Below are positions 48,007 through 59,070 of a stretch of 64,000 nucleotides of DNA, one piece after another. Location: assembly GCA_026982565.1 (NCBI GenBank), contig JALSGV010000201.1, positions 27,658 to 91,657 of the forward strand, given 5' to 3'. Source of the stretch: Gammaproteobacteria bacterium. GTDB taxonomy: Bacteria; Pseudomonadota; Gammaproteobacteria; SZUA-140. Each line of letters begins with the position of its first letter. The stretch's first letter is position 1. Under the pieces are notes generated by a model, which had not been told where the DNA came from, did no database searches, and saw only the letters and a list, made by a program, of their open reading frames with translations. The position numbers and the translations under genes are program-made.

Positions 48007-49095
48007 CTATTCGTGGTAATCAAAGGTCCTGAACCCTTCCCGGCGGCAGAGTTCATCGCGTTCCGCTGTTTTGAGATCCTCCCGCACCATTTCCGCAACT
48101 AGTTCGTCCAGCGTAATCCTTGGCTGCCACCCCAGCTTTTCCCTGGCCTTGCTTGCGTCTCCCAGCAGGGTCTCGACTTCCGTTGGCCGGAAATAGCGTG
48201 GATCCACCGCCACAATCAGTTTACCCGTATGTTCGTCAAAACCTTTCTCTGCTTCACCCTCGCCTTCCCAGCGTATGCCGATGCCAAGCTCCTTCGCGGC
48301 GGCATTGACGAAATCCCTGACGGTGTATTGTATACCACTGGCTATAACGAAATCTTCCGGCTCATCCTGCTGCAGCATCAGCCACTGCATTTCCACGTAG
48401 TCCCTGGCATGCCCCCAGTCGCGCCTGGCTTCCAGATTTCCCAGAAAAAGGCAGTCCTGCAGCTCAAGCTTGATGCGCGCCAGGGCGCGGGTGATTTTCC
48501 GGGTAACAAAGGTTTCACCCCGCAGCGGGCTTTCATGATTGAACAATATGCCGTTACAGGCATAGATGCCATAGGCCTCGCGGTAATTGACCGTGATCCA
48601 GTAGGCATAGAGTTTTGCCACCGCATAGGGTGAGCGGGGATAGAATGGCGTTTTTTCGTTCTGAGGCACTTCCTGGACCAGACCATAGAGCTCGGAAGTG
48701 GATGCCTGATAGTATTTTGTTTTCTTTTCAAGTCCAAGAATACGGATCGCCTCCAATATACGCAGGGCGCCGAGAGCATCGGAATCAGCGGTGTATTCCG
48801 GTTCCTCGAAAGAAACCGCGACATGGCTCTGGGCAGCCAGATTATAAATTTCATCAGGCTGCACCTGCTGAATCACCCGGATCAGGCTGCTGGTATCCGT
48901 CATATCGCCGTAGTGAAGGACGAAATGGCGGTTTTCAACATGAGGATCCTGATAGAGATGGTCTATGCGATCGGTATTGAAGAGGGAGGTGCGGCGCTTG
49001 ATACCATGTACTTCATACCCCTTGGCCAACAGGAACTCAGCGAGGTAAGCGCCATCCTGACCGGTAATACCAGTAATCAAAGCCCGCTTTTTCAT
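48007..49095 (-). CDS. gmd: GDP-mannose 4,6-dehydratase
   Basis: [37 protein letters not shown]…YGDMTD…YNLAAQSHV… is the canonical Gmd sequence. 362 aa. Confidence 0.95.
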   Translation of the reverse strand: MKKRALITGITGQDGAYLAEFLLAKGYEVHGIKRRTSLFNTDRIDHLYQDPHVENRHFVLHYGDMTDTSSLIRVIQQVQPDEIYNLAAQSHVAVSFEEPEYTADSDALGALRILEAIRILGLEKKTKYYQASTSELYGLVQEVPQNEKTPFYPRSPYAVAKLYAYWITVNYREAYGIYACNGILFNHESPLRGETFVTRKITRALARIKLELQDCLFLGNLEARRDWGHARDYVEMQWLMLQQDEPEDFVIASGIQYTVRDFVNAAAKELGIGIRWEGEGEAEKGFDEHTGKLIVAVDPRYFRPTEVETLLGDASKAREKLGWQPRITLDELVAEMVREDLKTAERDELCRREGFRTFDYHE

Positions 49096-49210
49096 GTCAT
49101 GCCCCTCGTATCGATCGGGTGGCTTTGGCTATTGACCAGCCTGGAAGAGAAAAAACCAGCTGATCCCTCCAGAGCGCTGCCCTGAATGTGCGTACTTTAG
49201 ATAGACCCTT

Positions 49211-50689
49211 TCAATCACGCCCGTAGTTATCCTCAAAACGGACGATGTCGTCTTCACCGAGGTATGAGCCGGATTGCACCTCGATAAGTTCCAAGGGCAG
49301 GGCGCCGGGATTCTCCAGTCTGTGCGTCACGCCGATGGGGATATAGGTAGACTCATTTTCACTGATCAGAAAGGTTTCATCACCCTTGGTGACTCTGGCC
49401 GTCCCCCTGACGACGATCCAGTGCTCGGCCCGATGGTGATGCATCTGCAACGAGAGTGAAGCCCCAGGATTGACGGTGATGCGTTTGACCTGATAGCGCT
49501 CTCCCCTGTCGATACCCTCGTAGTTCCCCCAGGGACGGTGAGCAAGGCGGTGTATCTGATGCTCTGTGCGGCCATCCTTTTTGAGCTGACTGACGATTTC
49601 CTTGACCGCCTGGGCCTGGTCCTTATGGGCGACCAAGACGGCATCGGCGGTTTCCACGACGACGATATCATCCAGCCCCAGGGCAGCCAGCAGACGGTGC
49701 CCCGAGATGATCAGGGAATTCCGAGAATTGATGGCAATGACATCCCCCTGAAGGATGTTGCCGTTTTCATCCCGGGGCAGGACCTCACAAAGGCTTGACC
49801 AGGCGCCCACATCAGACCAGCCAGCATCCAGGGGAATGACATAGGCCGTGGTGGCAGTATCAACCGATTCTGCCGCGGTTTCCGTCAGGTTCTCCATCAC
49901 GGCATAATCGATGGAGTCGCTGGGACAGCTTTCGAAACAATCCTCCGCCACGCGATAGAAATCGCCATCCTCCTTTCCCAGGTTATAGGCTTCCTGGCAG
50001 GCAGTCAGGATACCGGCCTGGTACCGGCCGATGTTGTCCAGCCAGGTCTTCGCCTGCATCATGAAGATACCGCTGTTCCACAAATAGCCGCCAGACGCCA
50101 CGTAAGCCTCGGCGGTCGGGGCATCAGGCTTCTCCACGAATTGCTCAAGAATGCAGGGTTCGGGATGTTTTTCACCCGGCAAGGCGCGGCCTTTCTTGAT
50201 ATAGCCAAACCCGGTTTCCGGCCTGTCCGGGACGATGCCAAATGTCACAATCCCCCCCTGGGCCGCGATCCCGGCCCCAGACAGAACAGCATCGTGAAAA
50301 GCCTTGACATCGAGAATCAGATGGTCAGCGGGCATGATCAACATGATGGCATCCGGCGCCCCCTCAGAAACCCGCAGCGCCGCCAGTGTGGCCGCGGGCG
50401 CCGTATTCCGCCCTATGGGCTCCAGCAATATCTTGTCATGAGCCTGATTGGCCTGGCGCAACTGCTCGGCGACAAGGAAACGGTGGGTTTCGTTACAGAT
50501 GATGAGTGGCTCAGCAATCCTGATTTCATCGGCGCCTTGACCCTGCAGGTCTGACAGACGATCCACCGTTGCCTGGAGCAGCGTCAGGTCACCGCAGGGG
50601 GCCAGGAGCTGTTTGGGATAGTATTCTCGCGACAAGGGCCACAGGCGGGTGCCGGAACCTCCGGACAAAATAACAGGCTGGATGATCAT
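49211..50689 (-). CDS. manC: mannose-1-phosphate guanylyltransferase / mannose-6-phosphate isomerase (type II PMI-GMP)
   Basis: PVILSGGSGTRLWPLSR…YPKQ… NTP-transferase N-terminus. C-terminal cupin with …HHHRAEHWIVV.G.A…. Confidence 0.9.
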   Translation of the reverse strand: MIIQPVILSGGSGTRLWPLSREYYPKQLLAPCGDLTLLQATVDRLSDLQGQGADEIRIAEPLIICNETHRFLVAEQLRQANQAHDKILLEPIGRNTAPAATLAALRVSEGAPDAIMLIMPADHLILDVKAFHDAVLSGAGIAAQGGIVTFGIVPDRPETGFGYIKKGRALPGEKHPEPCILEQFVEKPDAPTAEAYVASGGYLWNSGIFMMQAKTWLDNIGRYQAGILTACQEAYNLGKEDGDFYRVAEDCFESCPSDSIDYAVMENLTETAAESVDTATTAYVIPLDAGWSDVGAWSSLCEVLPRDENGNILQGDVIAINSRNSLIISGHRLLAALGLDDIVVVETADAVLVAHKDQAQAVKEIVSQLKKDGRTEHQIHRLAHRPWGNYEGIDRGERYQVKRITVNPGASLSLQMHHHRAEHWIVVRGTARVTKGDETFLISENESTYIPIGVTHRLENPGALPLELIEVQSGSYLGEDDIVRFEDNYGRD

Positions 50690-50763
50690 CCGTATATTTT
50701 AACAAAAATATCAGTTACTTGCATTCTCATGCCCAACCAGGGGAAAGGGATCGACGGCTGAGT

Positions 50764-51822
50764 TTACTGTGCGACATCGAGCTTCTTTTTCTTCTTGACC
50801 TTTTCCGAAAATTCTTGTGCAAATACGGCAGTCAGTGCCGCGACCAGGCCCAGTACAGCGGCCAGAACAATGATAAGTTTGCGGTTGGGCGCCGTCGGGT
50901 TCTGAGAGCGCATCGTTGGCGTGATCGCCCGCGTCTTGATGATATTGGCGATCTTGGCCTTCATTTCCAGGATCTTCTCCTGCTGTTCCGCCTGGGCACG
51001 GCTGTTATTTGCCAACTCCTGTTGCAGCAAATCCCGCTCCGATGCCAATCCCAGGTGCAGTTGCTCTATCAACATGGATTCGCGCTCCTGATACTGCTGG
51101 ATTTCGTTGTCAATGAGCAGCAGGGTCATGGCCTTGGCCTCACCCGTCACCTCGCTGACTGCCTTGATGCGGTTTTTCCTGGATTCCTCGATGACCTTGC
51201 CGATTTCATCGATCTGTTTGGTAATCAGCTTGGATTTCTCATCGAGGCGCTCTATCTGGTTTTCGGTAAAGACCGCTTTATCCTGCAGTTCACCCAGTTT
51301 GTTTTCTGCGCCATGCAATTGGGCCTCGAGTTCCGCTTTAATGACAGAAATCGTACTATCATGATCTTTTGCAATCTTATCGACGATGGATTGATGCAGT
51401 TCCGCCAGAAGGAGGTTCTCACCTTCCCTACCTTCACTGCTCAATACTACGATTTCGCTTCCCTTGGGGATCGCGGCAGCTATATTGATATTTGTGCTCT
51501 CTTCAGGATGGGTGCTTCCATATTCATGGATGACCAGAGGTATGTAACTCTGCTGCAATTTGGCCAATACGGTGCCTGGCTCTTCCAACAATCCATCAGT
51601 ACTGCGGGCAATTTCTATAGAGGTTGTATAGGTATATTTGTTGCTTTGCACCAGCGCAACGCCCAGTCCCAGCAAGACTGCCCCCACAAGAATAGTTACA
51701 AGCAGTTTTTTCCGTTTCTCCAATATCAACCAGAGATCCACCAGGCTGATCTCATCCTCCTGGTAGTAGGTGTGTAAGGCCTCGATCTCCTGGGGCAGGA
51801 TTTGTCTTTTTTCGCTATTCAT
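50764..51822 (-). CDS. wzz: O-antigen chain-length determinant (Wzz, PCP-1 family)
   Basis: N-terminal TM (LLVTILVGAVLLGLGVALV), a long periplasmic coiled-coil region, C-terminal TM (LIIVLAAVLGLVAALTAVF) and a lysine tail. 352 aa. Confidence 0.8.
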   Translation of the reverse strand: MNSEKRQILPQEIEALHTYYQEDEISLVDLWLILEKRKKLLVTILVGAVLLGLGVALVQSNKYTYTTSIEIARSTDGLLEEPGTVLAKLQQSYIPLVIHEYGSTHPEESTNINIAAAIPKGSEIVVLSSEGREGENLLLAELHQSIVDKIAKDHDSTISVIKAELEAQLHGAENKLGELQDKAVFTENQIERLDEKSKLITKQIDEIGKVIEESRKNRIKAVSEVTGEAKAMTLLLIDNEIQQYQERESMLIEQLHLGLASERDLLQQELANNSRAQAEQQEKILEMKAKIANIIKTRAITPTMRSQNPTAPNRKLIIVLAAVLGLVAALTAVFAQEFSEKVKKKKKLDVAQ

Positions 51823-51902
51823 CCTAAATCTCGATATTCACGTATTGCGCCAGGGCTGAATTGTAGACAACCCCTGTTGCCTGTCAATCATGTCACTTCT
51901 AT

Positions 51903-51940
51903 AAAAACAAAAAAACGGCCCTGCATGACAAGGCCGTTTA
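51903..51940 (-). terminator. Rho-independent terminator downstream of comEA (hairpin plus T-tract on minus strand)
   Basis: Minus-strand reading: AAACGGCC-ttgtcatgcag-GGCCGTTTTTTTGTTTTT. Confidence 0.5.
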
Positions 51941-52007
51941 TTGATCCTCGGCGACTGGCGGATACGCAGTTGAGCAACTGCGTACCCGCCCGAAGAGTCA
52001 ATGATGA

Positions 52008-52310
52008 TTATTTTTTGGCATGCTTCCCGGTATTGTCACCGGTCGTCAGATGCCGCCTGTTCTTGTCTATCGTGACCGGCCCGATCCCCTTGATATTGAC
52101 CAGCTCATCCACTGTCCTGAAAGGCCCGTTTTGCTCCCGGTATCTAACGATTTCCTGAGCCGTTTTCATGCCGACGCCGTTTATTACATCTGCCAGCTCA
52201 GTTGCGCTCGCCGTATTGACATTGACGATGTTGACGGTATTTGCGGAAACCAGCCCTGAAAGAAACAGCAAGCTGGCAATAAAAAGTATCGCCCATATTT
52301 TCGTTTTCAT
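52008..52310 (-). CDS. comEA: ComEA-family helix-hairpin-helix DNA-binding protein (periplasmic DNA receptor)
   Basis: Signal peptide, then …VNVNTASATELADVINGVGMKTAQEIVRYREQNGPFRTVDELVNIKGIGPVT (tandem HhH). Confidence 0.8.
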   Translation of the reverse strand: MKTKIWAILFIASLLFLSGLVSANTVNIVNVNTASATELADVINGVGMKTAQEIVRYREQNGPFRTVDELVNIKGIGPVTIDKNRRHLTTGDNTGKHAKK

Positions 52311-52419
52311 TTTTACACACTCCCTTGTGTAGAGATTTAACGCTTATCCAGAGGGCACACCCGCCCCCGGATTCCATGCTCCTGGAGCGCTTACAAGCGT
52401 ATCATAAACGCCAAATGCG

Positions 52420-53145
52420 TCAAGCAGTGGCGAGCGCCTCGTCGATCTCCGCCTGAACGGAGTTGAGCGCTGCAGTCGGATTTTGCGCTGCGGTGATGGC
52501 CCGGCCGATGACCAGGAAATCACTGCCGTTCCTGAGCGCCTTTGCAGGGGTCATAACGCGTTTCTGATCCTGTGTCTGCCCGCCGGCAGGCCGTATCCCC
52601 GGGGTCACAAGGCAAAACGCCCGGCCAAACCTGGCCTTCAGCATGGCGGCCTCAGCGGCCGAACATACGACCCCATCCATGCCGGCGTCCCTTGCCAGGC
52701 CGGCAAGGCGCGCCACATTGTCTGAAACGCTGCCCTGCAATCCCGTTTCCCGTATATCTTCCTCATCCATGCTGGTGAGAATGGTCACGGCAATCAGCAA
52801 GGGCCTGCGCGCGCAGCTGTCTACAGCCTCCCGCGCCGCCTCCATCATGCGCCGTCCACCCAGCGCATGGATATTGAGCATCCATGCGCCAGTGCTGGCG
52901 GCTGCCCGGCATGCCTTGGCGACAGTATTGGGAATATCGTGGAATTTCAGGTCGAGAAAGACCTCGAAGCCCTTTGCGTTGAGCTGCCTCACCACGTCAG
53001 GACCACCGGCGGTGAACAGTTCCTTGCCGACCTTGAGGCGGCACAGCGATGGTTCCAGCCTTTCAGCCAGGGCCAGCGCCTGCGCCGGATCGGGATAGTC
53101 CAGTGCAACGATGATACGATTATGGTCGTTTTGCTGTTGTTGCAT
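52420..53145 (-). CDS. pyrF: orotidine-5'-phosphate decarboxylase
   Basis: …IIVALDYPD…[10 protein letters not shown]…[13 protein letters not shown]… are canonical PyrF motifs. Start taken at [13 protein letters not shown]. The ORF extends to 53169. Confidence 0.9.
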   Translation of the reverse strand: MQQQQNDHNRIIVALDYPDPAQALALAERLEPSLCRLKVGKELFTAGGPDVVRQLNAKGFEVFLDLKFHDIPNTVAKACRAAASTGAWMLNIHALGGRRMMEAAREAVDSCARRPLLIAVTILTSMDEEDIRETGLQGSVSDNVARLAGLARDAGMDGVVCSAAEAAMLKARFGRAFCLVTPGIRPAGGQTQDQKRVMTPAKALRNGSDFLVIGRAITAAQNPTAALNSVQAEIDEALATA

Positions 53146-53159
53146 AGGGTTGGGATTTC

Positions 53160-53400
53160 GCCCCCTCACTCCGACCTTCTCCCGGAGGAGGGTGCCGCAA
53201 AAGGCGTTGGTTCCTTCCCTCCCTTGGAGGGTGTCGCAAAAGTCATTCGTAGGTTGGGCTGAGGAACGAAGCCCAACATGTTTGGCTTTTCAAGCTGTTA
53301 CTGTTGGGCTTCGTTCCTCAGCCTTTATGCCCACTTTGGGTGCAACCTACAGAAAAACCGGCTTTTGCGACACCCTCTGGAGGGAGAGGGGCTTTTATGG
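53160..53400. repeat. composite REP-like element with a large nested hairpin (22-bp perfect inverted repeat) flanked by the family core motif in both orientations
   Basis: ggagggtgtcgcaaaag (53227-53243) and cttttgcgacaccctc (53362-53377). Inner stem ggctgaggaacgaagcccaaca (53247-53268) / tgttgggcttcgttcctcagcc (53302-53323). Outer stem gtaggttg/caacctac. Confidence 0.6.
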
Positions 53401-53402
53401 AA

Positions 53403-53696
53403 TCAGTGGTCTGCCTTCAGGGACAGGTTGCGCAAGTTGGTCAACTCGATGTTGTTGCCCCTGGCCTTTCTCTTCAGGCGGCCGATCTCCAGCTTCAATT
53501 TCAGGATGATGCCAATACTGGATATGGCGCCGAGCACAGCCCCCAAAAGCAGGGTAAACACCAGTACCAGTGACAGCGGCAATTCGAGCGTCCCTACATA
53601 GTAATCCATCTTGATGGGTGAATTGTTCAGAACACCCAGGAACAGGCCAAAGACCAAAACCACCAGAACAATGATCAAACCGACAATGCGCATCAT
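53403..53696 (-). CDS. lapA: LapA/YciS-like inner-membrane protein (DUF1049)
   Basis: 97 aa with two TM helices (IVGLIIVLVVLVFGLFLGVL; LSLVLVFTLLLGAVLGAISSIG) and a C-terminal basic/coiled tail (LKLEIGRLKRKARG), matching E. coli LapA architecture. Confidence 0.6.
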   Translation of the reverse strand: MMRIVGLIIVLVVLVFGLFLGVLNNSPIKMDYYVGTLELPLSLVLVFTLLLGAVLGAISSIGIILKLKLEIGRLKRKARGNNIELTNLRNLSLKADH

Positions 53697-53765
53697 CTTG
53701 TTTTCCCCCTCTCCATTCGGCTATTTCAGGTTTTTATTGTTGTATTGTAACGGGTGTTGCCGGAA

Positions 53766-54155
53766 TCAGAAACCGCTTGTTGGGTTTGTCGCGAATCCTT
53801 GCCGGGACGAATGGCTCTCAGCACTATTCCCGTTTCCACCATCTGCCTCGCCGCCGGCCCGGGAGCCGCTCACACCCGCGTTGACCCGCTCGCGCAGCTC
53901 TTTTCCAGGCTTGAAATGCGGGACGTATTTACCTGACAACTGTACCGGCTCCCCCGTCTTGGGGTTGCGTCCCATGCGTGGCGGCCGGTAATGCAGGGAA
54001 AAACTGCCAAAGCCGCGGATTTCGATGCGCTCTCCTGAAGACAGGGTTTGTGCCATTTGTTCGATCATGGTCTTGACAGCGAATTCGATGTCCTTGTAGG
54101 ACAGGTGCTTCTGCTTCTGCGCGATAATTTCGATTAACTCAGATTTTGTCATCAC
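53766..54155 (-). CDS. ihfB: integration host factor beta subunit, with about 35-aa Gly/Ser-rich C-terminal extension
   Basis: [91 protein letters not shown] is the IHF-beta core. A tail …[37 protein letters not shown] follows. Confidence 0.85.
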   Translation of the reverse strand: MMTKSELIEIIAQKQKHLSYKDIEFAVKTMIEQMAQTLSSGERIEIRGFGSFSLHYRPPRMGRNPKTGEPVQLSGKYVPHFKPGKELRERVNAGVSGSRAGGEADGGNGNSAESHSSRQGFATNPTSGF

Positions 54156-54266
54156 CCTCGCCCCTTATGAACGAAATCTCAAAAACCAAAATTGTTATCA
54201 GGAAAGCTGCTCATTCCATCAGTAAGGGATGCGGCCTGAAAAGGCCGCATCCTCTCCGGGCCGTTA

Positions 54267-55946
<1,680 letters not shown>

Positions 55947-56116
55947 TGATCATTAATCCTGTGTCAACAGTTCAGCGGGAACCGCTGACAACCATAGTTA
56001 AAACTGACTCATGCCGCCCAACTGTTCAGGGCCGCTTGAACAGATTACAGTTAAATAAAAACCCCTTCCCAGAGAAAGGGCTACCCGAATGTCACGCACT
56101 GGGTCGCGACAATGAA

Positions 56117-56818
56117 TCACCGCCCGGGACTGGCTTCAGCCCAGAGCGCCATGATGGTCTCGACCACGCGGTCGATAGCCATCCCCGTCGTGTCCACCGT
56201 AATGGCGTCCTCCGCCGGCTTCAGAGGGGCGACTTCCCGATTGCTGTCACGCGCGTCACGGGACTCGATCTCCTCTAAAAGGGAAACAAGACTAACATCC
56301 ATTCCCTTGTCTTTCAACTGTTTATAGCGTCTTCTGGCCCTTTCCTCCGGGGTCGCGGTAAGGAAGATCTTGAGGTCCGCATCGGGGAATACCACCGTGC
56401 CCATATCGCGCCCGTCGGCGACCAGTCCCGGCGCCGTTCTGAAGGCCCGCTGGCGCTCCAGCAGCCCTTCGCGCACGGCGGGCAAGGCGGCCACCTGCGA
56501 AGCATCGGCCCCGCAGGCCTCGCCGCGCAGCACCAAAGTTACATCATCCTTTTCCAGAAGAATAGATGGCGACCCATTGATTTCACTATATTTAAACTGA
56601 ACAGGGAGTGCCAGGGCCAGGCGGCCGAGGGCTTCCTCATCGTCCAGCTTCATCCCCCTGCGGCGCGCCGCAAGGGCCACGGCCCGATACAGGGCGCCAC
56701 TATCGAGAAAATGCCAGCCCAGGCGCCGGGCCAGGATGAGACTCACGGTCCCCTTCCCTGAACCGCCGGGCCCGTCGAGGGTGATGACGGGCGCCCTGTC
56801 CGTTTTGGAACCAGGCAT
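56117..56818 (-). CDS. cmk: cytidylate kinase
   Basis: [35 protein letters not shown] is the Cmk P-loop region. Confidence 0.9.
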   Translation of the reverse strand: MPGSKTDRAPVITLDGPGGSGKGTVSLILARRLGWHFLDSGALYRAVALAARRRGMKLDDEEALGRLALALPVQFKYSEINGSPSILLEKDDVTLVLRGEACGADASQVAALPAVREGLLERQRAFRTAPGLVADGRDMGTVVFPDADLKIFLTATPEERARRRYKQLKDKGMDVSLVSLLEEIESRDARDSNREVAPLKPAEDAITVDTTGMAIDRVVETIMALWAEASPGR

Positions 56819-56821
56819 TTC

Positions 56822-58141
56822 CTAGCCCTCCACCCTGAGACTCATTCCCGCGCGACATGCCATCTCCACGAAGCCGGGAAAGGAAGTGGCAACATTGGCG
56901 CAATCGAGAATCCGGATCTCCCCTTTGGCGCGCAAGGCGGCCATGGTAAAGGCCATGGCGATGCGGTGATCGCCGTGGCTGTCCACTTCGCCACCCTGAA
57001 GGCCACCGCCCTCGATCACCATGCCGTCCGCCGTCGCTTGCGCGCCTATGCCCAGGGCATTCAGACCATCGGCCATCACCTGGATACGGTCGCTCTCTTT
57101 CACACGCAGTTCCTCTGCCCCGGTGAGAACCGTGGTCCCCCTGGCACAGGCCGCGGCGATAAAAATGGCGGGGAATTCGTCGATGGCCAAAGGCACTTCT
57201 TCCTCGGGAATCCGGATCCCCCGCAGCTCACCGCCGCGCACGCGGATATCGGCCACGGGCTCGCCGCCAGCCCGGCGCTCATTGAGCAACTGGATATCCA
57301 CGCCCATGCGGCGCAGAATATTGATGACGCCGGTGCGAGTAGGGTTGACGCCAAGCTGTTCCAATACGATATCGCCATCGGGAACCAGCGCCGCGCCGAC
57401 CATGAAAAACGCCGCCGAGGAAATATCACCCGGCACCTGAATGCGTGTAGCCCGCAGGCGACCGCCGCCACGGACACAGATGCGGCGGCCCTTGCGTTCG
57501 ACGGGCCAGGAGAACGCCTCCAGCATGCGCTCCGTATGGTCGCGGGTGGGCGCCGGCTCCGTTACGCAGGTTTCCCCCTGGGCATAGAGCCCCGCCAGCA
57601 GTAGTGCGGATTTGACCTGTGCGCTGGCGACGGGCATTTTATAGTGAATCCCGCGCAAAGTGCGCCCGCCACGAATTTCCAGGGGCGGCGTGCCTGCCTC
57701 CGTCGTAATGATCCGCCCGCCCATCTGCTCCAGCGGCCGGGTTACGCGCCGCATGGGCCGCTGCATGAGAGAGGCGTCTCCCTCCAGGATCGTGTTGAAT
57801 GGCTGGGCCGCGAGGATGCCCGACAACAGGCGCATGGAGGTGCCGGAATTCCCCAGATAGATGGGACCGTTTGGCGCCTGCAAACCATCCAGCCCCACGC
57901 CATGGACGATGACGCGTCCTGGCGCGCGTCTCTCGATATGCACCCCCATCTCCTGAAAGGCCCTCAGCGTCGCCAGACTGTCTTCTCCTTCCAGAAAACC
58001 ATCGATCGCCGTCACGCCATCCGCCAGGGCGCCCAGCATGATGGAACGATGGGAAATGGACTTGTCGCCCGGCACCCGGATGGTTCCCTTCAGGGTCCCG
58101 CCTGGCGCCACGACATAGGTGACTTCACTTTCGCAATTCAC
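56822..58141 (-). CDS. aroA: 3-phosphoshikimate 1-carboxyvinyltransferase (EPSP synthase)
   Basis: …LKGTIRVPGDKSISHRSIMLGALA…LGNSGTSMRLL… are EPSPS motifs. 439 aa. Confidence 0.9.
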   Translation of the reverse strand: MNCESEVTYVVAPGGTLKGTIRVPGDKSISHRSIMLGALADGVTAIDGFLEGEDSLATLRAFQEMGVHIERRAPGRVIVHGVGLDGLQAPNGPIYLGNSGTSMRLLSGILAAQPFNTILEGDASLMQRPMRRVTRPLEQMGGRIITTEAGTPPLEIRGGRTLRGIHYKMPVASAQVKSALLLAGLYAQGETCVTEPAPTRDHTERMLEAFSWPVERKGRRICVRGGGRLRATRIQVPGDISSAAFFMVGAALVPDGDIVLEQLGVNPTRTGVINILRRMGVDIQLLNERRAGGEPVADIRVRGGELRGIRIPEEEVPLAIDEFPAIFIAAACARGTTVLTGAEELRVKESDRIQVMADGLNALGIGAQATADGMVIEGGGLQGGEVDSHGDHRIAMAFTMAALRAKGEIRILDCANVATSFPGFVEMACRAGMSLRVEG

Positions 58142-59022
58142 GTTTTATCCTTCACGATATATTGATCCCGCGCGGCCTTGGCGTGGGAGAAAAATTCCAG
58201 GATGCCTTCACTATCGCCTTCTCGTATAAGCCTCGAAATACATTCGATGTCCGTATTGAATTTTTGCAGCATGGCAAGAATGGCATCGCGGTTTGCCAGG
58301 CAGATGTCACGCCACATGACTGGATCACTGGACGCGATACGTGTGAAATCCTTGAAACCGCCCGCGGCAAACTGAAAAATCTGCTCCCTGCTTTCCGTAT
58401 GAAGCAGGGTGTGCATCAAGGTATAGGCCAGGAGATGGGGAAGATGGCTGGTTGCCGCCAGCACCTGGTCATGGGCCTCGGGAGTCATCTCATAGACCCG
58501 GGCGCCAATGCATTCCCATAACCGGCGAGTCCCTGCAACGGCCTCCGGCGTGGTTTCCTGGATGGGCGTCAATATGGCGCAGCGTCCCTTGAACAAACCG
58601 GCATGGGAGGCATCCACCCCGCTCTGCTCCGAACCAGCGATGGGATGACCGGGCACGAAAGCGCCCAGAGTGCGCTCAAGGGTTTCCCTGGCTTGCTGAA
58701 CGACACGGCCTTTTGCGCTGCCTACATCCGTCAGAATGGCGCCGGACTTGAGGGCGCCATCGATTTTCCGGAACAGTTCGGGAATTGCCCCCAGAGGCAC
58801 GGCAACAACCACGACATCCGCGTCTTTCACAGCCTTGACAACATCCTGCTCGATGACGTCGATAACGCCCAACCGCCGGGCGTACTCAAGATTGGCCAGA
58901 CTGCGCCCGCATCCCAGCACTTTTTCACAGGCGCCGCTGCCCTTGAGCGCGCGCGCCATGGAGCCACCGATCAATCCGACCCCGATAACGGTCAGTTGTG
59001 TAATGCGAAACGATTGCGACAT
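58138..59022 (-). CDS. tyrA: prephenate/arogenate dehydrogenase
   Basis: VIGVGLIGGSMARAL Rossmann fold. …GHPIAGSE… catalytic region. Four-bp overlap with aroA. Confidence 0.8.
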   Translation of the reverse strand: MSQSFRITQLTVIGVGLIGGSMARALKGSGACEKVLGCGRSLANLEYARRLGVIDVIEQDVVKAVKDADVVVVAVPLGAIPELFRKIDGALKSGAILTDVGSAKGRVVQQARETLERTLGAFVPGHPIAGSEQSGVDASHAGLFKGRCAILTPIQETTPEAVAGTRRLWECIGARVYEMTPEAHDQVLAATSHLPHLLAYTLMHTLLHTESREQIFQFAAGGFKDFTRIASSDPVMWRDICLANRDAILAMLQKFNTDIECISRLIREGDSEGILEFFSHAKAARDQYIVKDKT

Positions 59023-59070
59023 ATTTTTCCCGGTCAGTCGACGGGTTTTCCTGCCAATCCGGTGGCGGTG

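Noticed and set aside
48003-48098. ATG start at 48056 for the MNT, overlapping gmd by 50 bp
   Set aside because: The N-terminal alignment with the two other MNTs supports the GTG at 48002. The ATG-initiated extension is low-complexity and lies inside the gmd coding sequence. Kept as an alternative only.
50719-51777. 352-aa plus-strand ORF mirroring wzz
   Set aside because: Antisense shadow. Wzz has the expected TM, coiled-coil, TM topology on the minus strand.
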